A DNA stretch of 63,212 bases, the filler included. It is 10 parts of 10 records of this genome, joined end to end, with 100 filler letters (N's around TTAATTAATTAA, not from the genome) between each part and the next. Parts side by side here need not be neighbours in the genome. Positions count along the whole stretch, not along the records: positions 15,491 to 21,035 come from SRR31156797_48017; positions 21,136 to 26,349 come from SRR31156797_48030; positions 26,450 to 31,917 come from SRR31156797_48049; 7 more parts are not named here. One strand, given 5' to 3'. Made by a program: the position numbers and the translations under genes. A model generated the notes under the pieces. That model saw only the letters and a program-made list of their open reading frames with translations, searched no databases and was not told the DNA's origin. The first letter of the stretch is position 1. The number at the start of each line of letters is the position of its first letter. Below, one piece after another: positions 18,240 through 28,880 of the stretch.

Positions 18240-20746
18240 TGTACTTCTCCTTTTTTGAGCAAAGTAAAGCTGAATACAGCTCCCTTGCCGGATTCTGATA
18301 CCACTTCCATTGTCCCTCCGTGACGTTCAACGATCTTTTGACATACGGCCAAGCCAATACCTGTCCCGGGATATTTTTTGTGTGTATGTAAGCGTTGAAA
18401 AACCTGAAAGATCTTCTTGTGATAATCCGGCTTGATCCCTATACCATTGTCTTTAATGAATATTTTCCACATCTTTCCCGTATCTTCAGCGAATATTTGT
18501 ATTTCAGGAGGTTCATCCCCGCGAAATTTGATGGCATTTCCGATAAGGTTCTGCATCAATTGCACTAATTGGGTGCGATCTCCCATGATCAGGGGCATGG
18601 GATCGTAAGTGATCTTTGAATTGCTTTCACTAATGGTCACGCTCAGGTTATTTAAAGTATCATTGAGAATATCGGTCATTTGAACAGCTTTAAGCTCTAT
18701 CCCTTTTGTTCCCGCTCGTGAATAGATCAAAAGGTCATTGATCAGTGTCTGCATGCGCTTTGCGCCATCGACGGCATAATTAATAAATTCATTCGCATCT
18801 TCATCGATCTTGTCCTTGTAGCGCCTTTCAAGTAATTGAAGGTAGCTGGTGACCATTCTCAGAGGTTCTTGAAGGTCATGAGATGCAATGTAGGCAAACC
18901 GCTCCAGTTCAGCATTGGTATGCGCAAGTTCTGATGTGCGCTCTTCAACCATATCTTCCAAATGATCACGGTGTCTTTTAACCTCTTCTTCCGCTTTTTT
19001 TCGCTCACTGATATCAACGCCCATTCCTACCTGGCAGGGAACACCGTCAAAATCGATCCGGACCCCTGTTAAATAATATAGGGTCTGTGTTCCATCCTTT
19101 GACAGCCAATGGGCTTCCGCAAAGGATTCTCCTTCCGAGAACACCTCTCCGATACGTTCTTTTATTAGCTCTTTATCTTCTTCAGGAAAAAGGTCCAAAG
19201 GATGAATTTTCCTTATTTCCTCTGTTGTATATCCCGATACTTCTTGAAAATTCCGGTTCCATTTCAGAAACTCACCGGCTTCAGTGAACAGATAAAATAC
19301 GCCCGGAAGGCTGTCGATAGCCATATCAATAAAACCCTTTTCATTCCGCAAAGCTTCTTCGGCCCTTATGCTTTCCGTAATATCCTTATCGATCCCGATA
19401 TAGCCTTTAAATTTACCATCTTTATCATATTGAGGAACCGCACTTGAAGAATGGCATCTCAATTCCCCGTTCTTATGAATATTCCAGTTCAGGAAATCTG
19501 TGTAAGATTCGCGCTTTTCCTTCAGATCATCAAATTTCTCTTTAACACCATCCCGGAACTCATCTTTTTTATTGAGCTTCTCTTTTTCTTCATCAGCCAT
19601 CAGGTCGTAGAACGACTTTCCGATCAATTCTTGGGGAGAATAACCGCTGATGGTTTTCCAGCTTTCGGAGGCAAAAGTAAAACGTTCGTTCTCATCGGAT
19701 GCCCAGACCATATCCGGAATGGCATCGATCAGGTTTTGAAGCCTGATCCGGCTGTCTCTCAGGGTTTCTTCCACATGTTCTTTTTCACTGATGAACCTGG
19801 CCTGCTGGATGTTTTGATATGCCATATCCGATAACTGCTTGGCAAGCGTGAACAATGTCCCTGCTATCTTTTCGAAGCGTTCTTGTGACATGGAGGGAAC
19901 ATCATGAAAAGCTTTGATAAACTCATCTTCATCGGTTTCTATCTTGCGTGCATAGGTACGCATTTTTTCATCGGTCTGGGTTTCATCCCTAACCTGGCCG
20001 ACCAACCAGTTCGCGATATGTTTTCCTCCGACACTGATACCGGCACCCGCATCCCAAAGTCCGCTACTCATACAAAGCTGCACAACGGGACCGTCAGGAT
20101 CGGGCTTGCCCAGAACAGCATCCGATTTAAAGCAATTTGCACATCCTTTTTCGGTCTTACGGATAATACCGTCGCATAAATGAGTAAAATTGCTCGGTTT
20201 TGTAATGGGCGTACCGTCAGTTTGGGTAATAATGGACGCAACACCCGTCGCATCGGCGAATTGATCCTGCAATTGTTGAATATCATCGATATTGAACAAA
20301 TCTTCAAAGGTAACACTTTCCGGATCATCCAAAGGTAATGTCAGGTTGAGCATTCGTTCTTTGATCGTCTGTTCCGCCATTTTCCGTTGTGTAATATCCG
20401 TAAAGATCGTGGATATATATCCTTCGGATTCCGTAAAGGATTGAAGCCTGAACCATTTTTTATATAGTTGGGAATATAACTCCAGCGTATCATTCCCGGA
20501 GTTTTTGGCGATCTTATTGTAAAAATCAAACCAATCTGTGTTGGAACCACCAATAAATGAAAGTACTTCTTTCAGGGTCTTGCCTATCACATCCCCCATT
20601 TTACTGCCGGTCAAATTCGTAAAGGCCTTGTTTATTTCAATAAAAAGATAATCAACCGGTTTCCCCTCATTATCATAGATGATCTGATGCCGTGCAAAAC
20701 CGAAAGGTGCCTGATGCATGATAGTCTTGTAGTAGTTTCTATCCAT
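18236..20746 (-). CDS. PAS-PocR-PAS-PAS sensor histidine kinase (Cph1-like kinase core)
   Basis: PocR-like IQQLQDQFADATGVASII...LC..IIR.TEKGCANCFKSD...CMSSGLWDAGAGI...GQV; FAYIASHDLQEPLRMV; GTGIGLAVC. Confidence 0.9.
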   Translation of the reverse strand: MDRNYYKTIMHQAPFGFARHQIIYDNEGKPVDYLFIEINKAFTNLTGSKMGDVIGKTLKEVLSFIGGSNTDWFDFYNKIAKNSGNDTLELYSQLYKKWFRLQSFTESEGYISTIFTDITQRKMAEQTIKERMLNLTLPLDDPESVTFEDLFNIDDIQQLQDQFADATGVASIITQTDGTPITKPSNFTHLCDGIIRKTEKGCANCFKSDAVLGKPDPDGPVVQLCMSSGLWDAGAGISVGGKHIANWLVGQVRDETQTDEKMRTYARKIETDEDEFIKAFHDVPSMSQERFEKIAGTLFTLAKQLSDMAYQNIQQARFISEKEHVEETLRDSRIRLQNLIDAIPDMVWASDENERFTFASESWKTISGYSPQELIGKSFYDLMADEEKEKLNKKDEFRDGVKEKFDDLKEKRESYTDFLNWNIHKNGELRCHSSSAVPQYDKDGKFKGYIGIDKDITESIRAEEALRNEKGFIDMAIDSLPGVFYLFTEAGEFLKWNRNFQEVSGYTTEEIRKIHPLDLFPEEDKELIKERIGEVFSEGESFAEAHWLSKDGTQTLYYLTGVRIDFDGVPCQVGMGVDISERKKAEEEVKRHRDHLEDMVEERTSELAHTNAELERFAYIASHDLQEPLRMVTSYLQLLERRYKDKIDEDANEFINYAVDGAKRMQTLINDLLIYSRAGTKGIELKAVQMTDILNDTLNNLSVTISESNSKITYDPMPLIMGDRTQLVQLMQNLIGNAIKFRGDEPPEIQIFAEDTGKMWKIFIKDNGIGIKPDYHKKIFQVFQRLHTHKKYPGTGIGLAVCQKIVERHGGTMEVVSESGKGAVFSFTLLKKGEVQ

Positions 20747-21135
20747 ATAATTTCTTTCTATTTCAGATAATTGATCCCAAATGGCCTATCTGGTATATGT
20801 TACTTAGAAATCCCAAGAAGCCGGATACAGTACGGTCTTATCATTCATTTTTATCTATTTATCTAATTTTTTGATAGTTAACGGTATTAAATTAAAATGA
20901 GAAGGGCTGAATTGCAAATGAAATCGGGAGTCGGGATCGGGGGTCGGGAACGTTTAAAATTTAGCGTTTAAAGCTTAAGGTTTAGGACCTATTCTACGCT
21001 GTGCTATTCCGAAGCTTCAGCGTAGGATGGAAGCCNNNNNNNNNNNNNNNNNNNNNNNNNNNNNNNNNNNNNNNNNNNNTTAATTAATTAANNNNNNNNN
21101 NNNNNNNNNNNNNNNNNNNNNNNNNNNNNNNNNNN

Positions 21136-21198
21136 AAGCAGAAACCATTGGTACATTACGATTATTTATATATTGAAAATAAAAATAGCTCAGAATAA
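21136..21198 (+). CDS. proB: Glutamate 5-kinase, 3' end
   Basis: KQKPLVHYDYLYIE...* resembles the Bacteroidota ProB C-terminus; directly upstream of proA. Confidence 0.65.
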   Translation, partial: KQKPLVHYDYLYIENKNSSE

Positions 21199-21370
21199 CA
21201 CTACCCTTTCTACCCTTTTTTTATGCCTTAATTTGAATTTATTCTGAGCTCCCTCTCCCTCCCCTGGGAGAGGGTTTTTAAAAAAAAGAGAAATATCCAA
21301 AGTTGAGTAATTTAAAATTTGGATATTAAAATAGAATATTGATTATTTAAAGGAACGTTTAAGTAATAAA

Positions 21371-22621
21371 ATGAAAATAGAACAACAATTGCAAAAAACG
21401 CTTGAGGCGTCGCGGAAACTGAATCTTGTAGAAGATACAAAAGTTAAGAAAGTCTTGTTGGAGTTGGCCGATCAGGCAGAAAAAAATACCAACATTATTC
21501 TGGTCGAAAATCAAAAAGATTTAGATAGAATGGATGTTGAAGATCCAAAATACGACAGGCTGAAATTAACAACAGAGAGAATTCAGGGAATTGCCAGCGA
21601 TATCAGGAATGTTGCAGGATTGGAAAGCCCGGTTGGGGTGAGTCTCAAAGAATCGGTTCATGCAAATGGAATGAAAATTAGTAAAGTTTCTGTTCCGTTT
21701 GGTGTAATTGGAATTATTTATGAAGCTCGTCCAAATGTAACATTCGATGTTTTTGCACTTTGTCTGAAATCAGGAAATGCCTGTGTTTTAAAAGGGGGCA
21801 GCGATGCCATTTATTCTAATCAGGCCATTGTTTCTATTATTCAAAATACATTAAAAAAATTCGACTTTGATGAAAATACGGTTAATCTGTTACCTGCCGG
21901 ACGCGAAGAAACCAACGAAATGTTGCGCGCACATGGTTATATCGATTTAATAATACCGCGTGGGAGCCAGGGACTGATTAATTTTGTACGTGAAAATGCT
22001 ACCATTCCGGTTATTGAAACCGGCGCCGGTATTTGTCATACATATTTCGATAAATATGGCGATTCAGAAAAAGGCTGCGAAATAATATTTAATGCAAAAA
22101 CACGTCGTGTTTCGGTGTGTAACGCACTTGATTGTTTGGTGATGCACGAAAGCCGTTTGGATGAACTAAAATCTTTTGGCGAAAAACTTTCGGAAGAGAA
22201 AGTGGTTATCTATGCCGATGAAAAGTCATATAAAATCTTTAAGGGAAATTATCCTGAGGATTTACTTTTTCAGGCTACAGAAGAATCATTTGGAACAGAA
22301 TTCCTTTCAATGAAAATGTCGGTAAAAACCGTTTCTTCTTTCGATGAGGCGATTGAGCATATAAATAAATACAGTTCAAAACACAGCGAAACAATTATTT
22401 CCGAGAACCAGGAAAACATTAAAAGGTACAGAAAGTTGGTCGATGCTTCTTCTGTTTATTCGAATGTTTCTACCGCTTTTACCGATGGTGCACAGTTTGG
22501 GTTGGGAGCCGAGATTGGTATCAGTACGCAAAAACTGCATGCCCGCGGACCAATGGCACTCGAAGAACTTACAAGTTATAAATGGATTATTGAGGGTGAT
22601 GGTCAGGTTCGTCCCAAATAA
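21371..22621 (+). CDS. proA: Gamma-glutamyl phosphate reductase
   Basis: [53 protein letters not shown]. Confidence 0.97.
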   Translation: MKIEQQLQKTLEASRKLNLVEDTKVKKVLLELADQAEKNTNIILVENQKDLDRMDVEDPKYDRLKLTTERIQGIASDIRNVAGLESPVGVSLKESVHANGMKISKVSVPFGVIGIIYEARPNVTFDVFALCLKSGNACVLKGGSDAIYSNQAIVSIIQNTLKKFDFDENTVNLLPAGREETNEMLRAHGYIDLIIPRGSQGLINFVRENATIPVIETGAGICHTYFDKYGDSEKGCEIIFNAKTRRVSVCNALDCLVMHESRLDELKSFGEKLSEEKVVIYADEKSYKIFKGNYPEDLLFQATEESFGTEFLSMKMSVKTVSSFDEAIEHINKYSSKHSETIISENQENIKRYRKLVDASSVYSNVSTAFTDGAQFGLGAEIGISTQKLHARGPMALEELTSYKWIIEGDGQVRPK

Positions 22622-22645
22622 AACGAAATTCAAAATTCAATTGTT

Positions 22646-23593
22646 ATGAAAAATTTCACGTCAGTAAAAGATATTCCCAATATTCAACAAGCACTGGATA
22701 TAGCATTCGATGTAAAAAATAATCGGTTTGCATATCAGCATCTGGGGAAAAATAAAACCATGGTTTTAATATTTTTTAATTCCAGCTTGCGCACCCGTCT
22801 TAGTACTCAGAAAGCGGCTATGAACATGGGTATGAATACAATGGTTTTAAATGTTAGTGAAGATGGCTGGCAATTGGAATCGGAGTTGGGGGTAGTTATG
22901 GATGGCGATAAACCCGAACATTTACTGGAGGCAATTCCTGTAATTGGGCAGTATTGCGATGTAATTGGGGTTCGTGCATTTGCAAAGTTTGAAAATAAGG
23001 AAGACGATTATTCTGAAAAGATCTTATCTCAGTTTATTCAATACGCCGGTGTTCCGGTAATAAGCATGGAAGGCGCAACCCGGCATCCGTTGCAAAGTTA
23101 TGCCGATTTGGTAACTATCGAGGAACACAAAACAAAAGAACGTCCGAAAGTTGTTTTGACCTGGGCGCCACATCCGCGTGCATTGCCACAAGCAGTTGCA
23201 AATTCATTTGTTGAGTGGATGCGCGAAACAGACTATGAACTGGTTGTTACACACCCTAAGGGTTATGAGCTATCTCCTGATTTTATAGGCGATGTCAGGG
23301 TTGAATACGATCAGAAAAAAGCATTTGAAGGTGCCGATTTTATTTATGCAAAAAACTGGGCTTCTTACGCCGATTATGGCCAAATCCTTTCGAAAGATAT
23401 GAGTTGGACTGTAAATGAAGAAAAAATGGCGGTAACAAATAATGCCAAATTTATGCATTGTTTGCCTGTGCGCCGAAATGTGGTGGTTACCGACGGTGTT
23501 ATCGACAGTGCCAATTCAATTGTAGTGCCACAAGCCGCTAACCGCGAAGTTACAGCGCAAGCAGTTTTGAAAATGATCCTTGAAAATTCATAA
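22646..23593 (+). CDS. argF: N-acyl (probably N-succinyl)-ornithine carbamoyltransferase ArgF'
   Basis: SLRTR, HPLQ, WAPHPRALPQAV, HCLPVRRN; MDGDKPEH segment. Confidence 0.9.
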   Translation: MKNFTSVKDIPNIQQALDIAFDVKNNRFAYQHLGKNKTMVLIFFNSSLRTRLSTQKAAMNMGMNTMVLNVSEDGWQLESELGVVMDGDKPEHLLEAIPVIGQYCDVIGVRAFAKFENKEDDYSEKILSQFIQYAGVPVISMEGATRHPLQSYADLVTIEEHKTKERPKVVLTWAPHPRALPQAVANSFVEWMRETDYELVVTHPKGYELSPDFIGDVRVEYDQKKAFEGADFIYAKNWASYADYGQILSKDMSWTVNEEKMAVTNNAKFMHCLPVRRNVVVTDGVIDSANSIVVPQAANREVTAQAVLKMILENS

Positions 23594-23636
23594 TAATTAA
23601 CTTTGTGGTCTTACGCCTTTTAAGAAACAATATTGA

Positions 23637-24371
23637 ATGAATAAAAAAATTGAAATTATACCCGCCATCGATCTAATAGATGGAAAATGTGTTCGTCTTT
23701 CTCAAGGCGATTATAACCAGAAAACGGTGTACAATGAAAATCCGCTGGAAGTTGCAAAAATGTTCGAGGCTGCCGGAATTCAACGTTTACATTTGGTAGA
23801 TTTAGACGGAGCCAAAGCGAAACATATTGTAAACCATAAAGTACTTGAATTAATTTCAACAAAAACGAACCTCGTTATTGACTTTGGTGGTGGTTTAAAA
23901 TCAGATAAAGATTTGGAGATAGCATTTAATTCGGGTGCTGCAATGGTAACCTGTGGAAGTATTGCTGTAAAAGAAAAAGATACATTTTTGAAATGGCTGG
24001 AGAAATATGGAAATGAAAAAATAATTTTAGGTGCTGATGCAAAAGACGGAATGATTGCAGTTGGTGGTTGGCTCGAATCTACCACTTTGCCGGTAATCGA
24101 TTTTATTTCTGATTTTTATAAAAAAGGAATTGAAAAAGTTATTTCTACTGATATTAGCCGCGATGGAATGCTTTCCGGACCTGCTTTTGAATTGTATGCT
24201 GAAATTATGGAAAAATTACCTAAGGTCGAAATAATTGCAAGTGGTGGTATTGCTACAATGGACGAGATATTAAAATTAGATGAAATGGGAGTTCCAGGAG
24301 TAATAACCGGAAAAGCCATTTATGAAAATAGAATAACTTTGAAAGAAATTGAAAAGTTTATTGCACAGTAA
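23637..24371 (+). CDS. hisA: ProFAR isomerase HisA
   Basis: [40 protein letters not shown]. Confidence 0.96.
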   Translation: MNKKIEIIPAIDLIDGKCVRLSQGDYNQKTVYNENPLEVAKMFEAAGIQRLHLVDLDGAKAKHIVNHKVLELISTKTNLVIDFGGGLKSDKDLEIAFNSGAAMVTCGSIAVKEKDTFLKWLEKYGNEKIILGADAKDGMIAVGGWLESTTLPVIDFISDFYKKGIEKVISTDISRDGMLSGPAFELYAEIMEKLPKVEIIASGGIATMDEILKLDEMGVPGVITGKAIYENRITLKEIEKFIAQ

Positions 24372-24418
24372 GAAGTTGGATAGTTAGAAGTAAGAAGCTA
24401 ATATTAATACATAAATTC

Positions 24419-24781
24419 ATGAAAACTTACAGAGATTTGATTGTTTGGCAAAAATCGATGAATTTGGTTTTAATGGTTTATAAAATAACAAATGTTTTTC
24501 CCAAAGAAGAAATTTATAATCTTACTTCTCAAATAAAAAGAAGTATCGTTTCTGTTCCAAGTAATATTGCTGAGGGATATGGAAGAAATAGTTCAGGTGA
24601 TTATGTTCGGTTTCTTCAGATTGCTTCTGGCTCCTTATATGAATTTCAAACACAATTAGAAATTAGTTATAGGTTGAAATTCGTAGAGAAAAATGATTTT
24701 TCTGAGCTAAATTCATTAAGTGTGGAAATTGAAAAAATGTTATCAAGTTTAATTTCGAAAGTTAAGGCTAATAATAAATAG
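24419..24781 (+). CDS. Four helix bundle protein (23S rRNA IVP/S23-like, TIGR02436-type)
   Basis: YRDLIVWQKSM, FPKEEIYNLTSQIKRS.VSVPSNIAEGYGR, FLQIASGSLYE. Confidence 0.93.
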   Translation: MKTYRDLIVWQKSMNLVLMVYKITNVFPKEEIYNLTSQIKRSIVSVPSNIAEGYGRNSSGDYVRFLQIASGSLYEFQTQLEISYRLKFVEKNDFSELNSLSVEIEKMLSSLISKVKANNK

Positions 24782-24828
24782 TTTTAAAACTTCTACCTTC
24801 TGCCTGTGAAACTAAATAACTAAAAAAA

Positions 24829-25584
24829 ATGCTTGCAAAACGAATAATACCGTGTCTCGATATCCGCAATGGACAAACTGTGAAAGGAATTAACTTTGTG
24901 AATATTCAGGAAGTTGGCGATCCTGTTGAGCTAGGCGCTAAATACGCTGCCGACGGTGCCGATGAATTGGTTTTTCTCGATATTACCGCTACTCACGAAG
25001 GACGTAAAACATTTGTTGAACTGGTAAAACGAATTGCAGCGCATTTAAATATTCCGTTTACCGTTGGTGGTGGAATAAGTGAACTCAGCGATGCCGAAAA
25101 GCTTTTAAGTGCCGGCGCCGATAAAATTTCAATCAATTCTTCAGCAGTTCGAAATCCAAAGCTCATTGATGATTTGGCTCTTAATTTTGGAAGTCAGTTT
25201 GTTGTTGTTGCCATAGATGCACGTGGCAATGAAAATAACCATTGGACTGTTACAGTGAATGGTGGGCGAATTCCAACCGACAAGGAGCTTTTTTCATGGG
25301 CCAAAGAAGCTGAAGATCGTGGTGCCGGAGAGATCTTGTTTACTTCAATGAATCATGATGGAACAAAAAATGGTTTTGCAAATGAGCAATTGGCAAAATT
25401 AGCCGATTCATTAAAAATACCAATTATTGCGTCGGGCGGTGCCGGAACAGAAGAACATTTTGTCGATGTTTTTACAAAAGGAAAAGCTGATGCTGGATTG
25501 GCAGCCAGTATTTTTCATTATAATGAAATTCCGGTTCCCAAGCTCAAAAAATATTTAAAAGAAAACGGAATAGTAGTTCGTTAA
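24829..25584 (+). CDS. hisF: Imidazole glycerol phosphate synthase cyclase subunit
   Basis: [45 protein letters not shown]. Confidence 0.97.
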   Translation: MLAKRIIPCLDIRNGQTVKGINFVNIQEVGDPVELGAKYAADGADELVFLDITATHEGRKTFVELVKRIAAHLNIPFTVGGGISELSDAEKLLSAGADKISINSSAVRNPKLIDDLALNFGSQFVVVAIDARGNENNHWTVTVNGGRIPTDKELFSWAKEAEDRGAGEILFTSMNHDGTKNGFANEQLAKLADSLKIPIIASGGAGTEEHFVDVFTKGKADAGLAASIFHYNEIPVPKLKKYLKENGIVVR

Positions 25585-25615
25585 AACAATTCAATTATTA
25601 ATTTCGCACAAAAAA

Positions 25616-26242
25616 GTGGCAATCATGAACGAGCTGAAAAATATTGATCAGGTAGATTTTAAAAAAATGGATGGATTAATTCCTGCTGTAATACAAGACG
25701 ATAAATCGTTGAAAGTATTAATGGTTGGTTTTATGAACCGTGAAGCATTGGAAAAAACACTCGAGATTGAAAAAGTAACTTTCTTTAGCCGAACCAAAAA
25801 CCGGTTGTGGACCAAAGGAGAAGAATCGGGTAATTACTTAAATGTGGTTTCTGTTTTAAATGATTGCGATAATGATACTTTACTGATAAAAGTAAATCCG
25901 GTAGGAGCAGTTTGCCATTCAGGAGACGATACATGTTTTGGTGAAGTAAACCAAAATGGCGATGTACAGTTCCTGAGTTATCTTCAGGATTTTATCGACA
26001 AAAGAAAAAATGAAATGCCGGAAGGCTCCTATACCACTTCTTTGTTTGAGAAAGGAACGCGAAAAATTACTCAAAAAGTTGGAGAAGAAGCTGTTGAAAC
26101 AATTATTGGAGCTATGGCCGACGATGATGAAAATTTTCTGTACGAATCGGGAGATTTAGTGTATCATCTTATTGTTTTGCTCTCGCATAAAGGATACAGA
26201 ATTGAAGACATTATTCGTGAATTGAAAAGCCGACATTCCTAA
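25616..26242 (+). CDS. hisIE: Bifunctional phosphoribosyl-AMP cyclohydrolase/phosphoribosyl-ATP pyrophosphatase
   Basis: RLWTKGEESGN, DCDNDTLL, CHSG..TCF, KVGEEAVE, DLVYHL. Confidence 0.96.
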   Translation: MAIMNELKNIDQVDFKKMDGLIPAVIQDDKSLKVLMVGFMNREALEKTLEIEKVTFFSRTKNRLWTKGEESGNYLNVVSVLNDCDNDTLLIKVNPVGAVCHSGDDTCFGEVNQNGDVQFLSYLQDFIDKRKNEMPEGSYTTSLFEKGTRKITQKVGEEAVETIIGAMADDDENFLYESGDLVYHLIVLLSHKGYRIEDIIRELKSRHS

Positions 26243-26582
26243 CTTTCTCTATTAAAGTTAATTGCAGAAAAATTTCTTTATTTGATTTTTGTGAAAGGTT
26301 TTACATAACATGGTTATGAAACATAGTTTCAAAACATAACTGTAAAACANNNNNNNNNNNNNNNNNNNNNNNNNNNNNNNNNNNNNNNNNNNNTTAATTA
26401 ATTAANNNNNNNNNNNNNNNNNNNNNNNNNNNNNNNNNNNNNNNNNNNNCTTCTTCATCTTTGACTCCATTAAATTCTTATTGATCCATAAAACTATTAA
26501 GTAACAAATTAGTAGAGCTATTTAATCCAACAAAAATAGTATGTCAAGAAATGGGAACTGAAAGAGTACGAAATCCTTGAAC

Positions 26583-26951
26583 TTAGTCCTCTTTTTTCGG
26601 TGAAGCTATAATGATGTTCTTTCTTTTTTTCTTGAGATCCGCTGCCTTTTTCTTGTTTTCGCAGTCTTTACAGTAAAAAAGTCCGTCAACTACTGTAGGA
26701 TAGTAGGTCGCTCTTCTAAAGCAATCGCAGATATCACAAATGAACTCATTTGCTTCCTTGCCGGTTTTGGGGCTGATGACTTTTTTTACCTTACCTTTCT
26801 TTCTGTCATGATGCATTTCCTTAAGACAGCGGTCACAAAAATAATCTCTGTGCCCATCTGCAACAAAATTAACAAAATGATCTTTTCCACATTTTGCACA
26901 GATAACTTTTGTTGATGCCTGTGTTTTTATCTTTTTCTGTAATTCCACCAT
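26583..26951 (-). CDS. Double zinc-ribbon (CxxC-x17-CxxC-like) basic protein
   Basis: CAKC-x17-CDRC and CDIC-x18-CKDC; lysine-rich. Confidence 0.7.
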   Translation of the reverse strand: MVELQKKIKTQASTKVICAKCGKDHFVNFVADGHRDYFCDRCLKEMHHDRKKGKVKKVISPKTGKEANEFICDICDCFRRATYYPTVVDGLFYCKDCENKKKAADLKKKRKNIIIASPKKED

Positions 26952-27096
26952 AATCCCTCAGCTTAAAAAAAACCGTAATCATGTTACTGTTTTTTGTGTT
27001 TCAGGCAAGTACATTAATAAATAATAATAAATTTCGATTTGACAGGTTCCTAAAGGAATGTAAAATCAGGGAGATCATTTTTTTAAGGAGGGGGTT

Positions 27097-28869
27097 GTGA
27101 AAAAACTCTTAGTTGTTTTTTTAGCTGCATTTTTTGTTTTAAGTTGTGTGAATAATGTTACTACGAAGAAATACATTTTCTCTGATGAAGAGGCGGAAGC
27201 TGCCGATGACAATGAGGTTAGTGACGTAAAAGTAGATGAAAGCAGCGATGAGACTGTTGATAAAGCTCCGGATGAAGATCACAAAATAACCGATGAAGCG
27301 CAAGATGTTGATGTTGTTGAAGGTATTTGCGGTGATAAGACGGTGGCAGGCAGTGAGGTTTGTGATGGCGGGTCTGAGCTTTGTAGTAATCTTGGAAAGG
27401 GTTCCGGACTTGCTCTTTGTAAATCAGACTGCTCTGGTTGGAACACAATAAACTGCAAAGAAGAGACTGAAGAGCCTGAATGTACAGGAACGACTTCAAA
27501 ATGTGTCGGAACAAAGATCTATACTTGCAATAACGAGAAATGGACAACTTCCAAAGATTGTAATGATGACGGCAAGATCTGTAGAGCGGCCAAGTGTATA
27601 ACTCCGGGAGTTGATGATCCAAGAGTCGATTTCACAGGTCCGGGCTACGACGGAGACACGGTCCTTGTTTTTAATACTTCGCCAAATGGAGATGCTTCCT
27701 CTTTTTCAGGAACATTGACAGGTGGTGTTGTTGCAAGCCCAAAGATAAATATGGTTGAGGATGTTCCGTTCTTAAGGAATGATGTAAGACCTCCGATGCC
27801 AAATCTTGGAAAACCTTCCTGGTTGTCAGATATCAAAAAAATGCCGATCAAGCCAATTGCTTATGTAAAAGGAGATACAGCATCTTTTTACATGTATGAT
27901 TTTGGAACAGGCAAAACGAATTCGGAGAGTGCTGAGCTTAAATATGTAGGTGACGAGATTGAGATCTGGCTAGTATCAGGAGAGAGTTTCTCAGATTCAG
28001 ATATTGAAAAAATAGGAAAAGAGTTTGATTCAGAGATCTTCGGTCTTGTAACTACAAACTTTTATACCCAGCCTGATGTTGACAGTAATGACAAGGTTTC
28101 TCTTATCCTTGGAGATCTTGGTGGTTTTGCCGCCGGCTACATCAGTCCTTCAGACTTTTATTCCAAAGACCAGTATCAATATTCCAATGTCAGAGACCTC
28201 ATCTATATTGAAGTGTCAATGAGCGTCAACGAGATCTACAGCACTCTTACACACGAGTTTCAGCATCTTTGTCATAACAACAGAAACCTTCTGGTTGAAA
28301 ATGACTGGAATTCAGGAGATCTTTACTATCGATGGATCGATGAAGGTCTTGCTATGGCGGCGCAGCATATGTACGAAGGGTCGCAGCAGGACATGCTCTA
28401 TGTGGCGAACAACACACAATACAACTCATCGGTCAGAGATGGAAACTCTCTTCTTTACTGGGATTATAACGATACCAACAAAGTATATTCCGACTATGCA
28501 ATGGCTTATATTTTCTTTCAGTATCTAAGAATTCAGTCAGGAGATGATACTTCGATCTATAAAGATATTATTGAGTGTCAGAATAATGATTATACCTGTG
28601 TTGAGGATATAATTAACGACAAAGTTGATTCAGAATATGATCTTGGTCAGTTCATGGTTGATTTCAGGATCGCTCTTATTCTTGAAGATAGTGCAGGGCC
28701 TTACGGTTTTGGTGGAGAAGGTGCATTTAACTTTACAATGCCTTATTTTACTGGTTCTTCAGCAAGTTTAAGAGGTGGCGGCGGTCTTTACCTCAACTCT
28801 TCTTCTACATTCACTGAACCGAGTGATGCAGGAAATAATATTGTTTTTGTTGGAATAGACGACAAGTAA
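27097..28869 (+). CDS. Lipoprotein with Cys-rich repeats and M30 (hyicolysin-like) zinc metallopeptidase domain
   Basis: Lipobox VLSC, CGD..V.GSEVCDG repeat, DVDSNDKV, AGYISPSD, TLTHEFQH, WIDEGLAM. Confidence 0.78.
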   Translation: MKKLLVVFLAAFFVLSCVNNVTTKKYIFSDEEAEAADDNEVSDVKVDESSDETVDKAPDEDHKITDEAQDVDVVEGICGDKTVAGSEVCDGGSELCSNLGKGSGLALCKSDCSGWNTINCKEETEEPECTGTTSKCVGTKIYTCNNEKWTTSKDCNDDGKICRAAKCITPGVDDPRVDFTGPGYDGDTVLVFNTSPNGDASSFSGTLTGGVVASPKINMVEDVPFLRNDVRPPMPNLGKPSWLSDIKKMPIKPIAYVKGDTASFYMYDFGTGKTNSESAELKYVGDEIEIWLVSGESFSDSDIEKIGKEFDSEIFGLVTTNFYTQPDVDSNDKVSLILGDLGGFAAGYISPSDFYSKDQYQYSNVRDLIYIEVSMSVNEIYSTLTHEFQHLCHNNRNLLVENDWNSGDLYYRWIDEGLAMAAQHMYEGSQQDMLYVANNTQYNSSVRDGNSLLYWDYNDTNKVYSDYAMAYIFFQYLRIQSGDDTSIYKDIIECQNNDYTCVEDIINDKVDSEYDLGQFMVDFRIALILEDSAGPYGFGGEGAFNFTMPYFTGSSASLRGGGGLYLNSSSTFTEPSDAGNNIVFVGIDDK

Positions 28870-28880
28870 AAGAGGTAACT

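Noticed and set aside
24419-24781. Avd-like protein suggesting a diversity-generating retroelement
   Set aside because: No reverse transcriptase or TR/VR repeat pair in the contig
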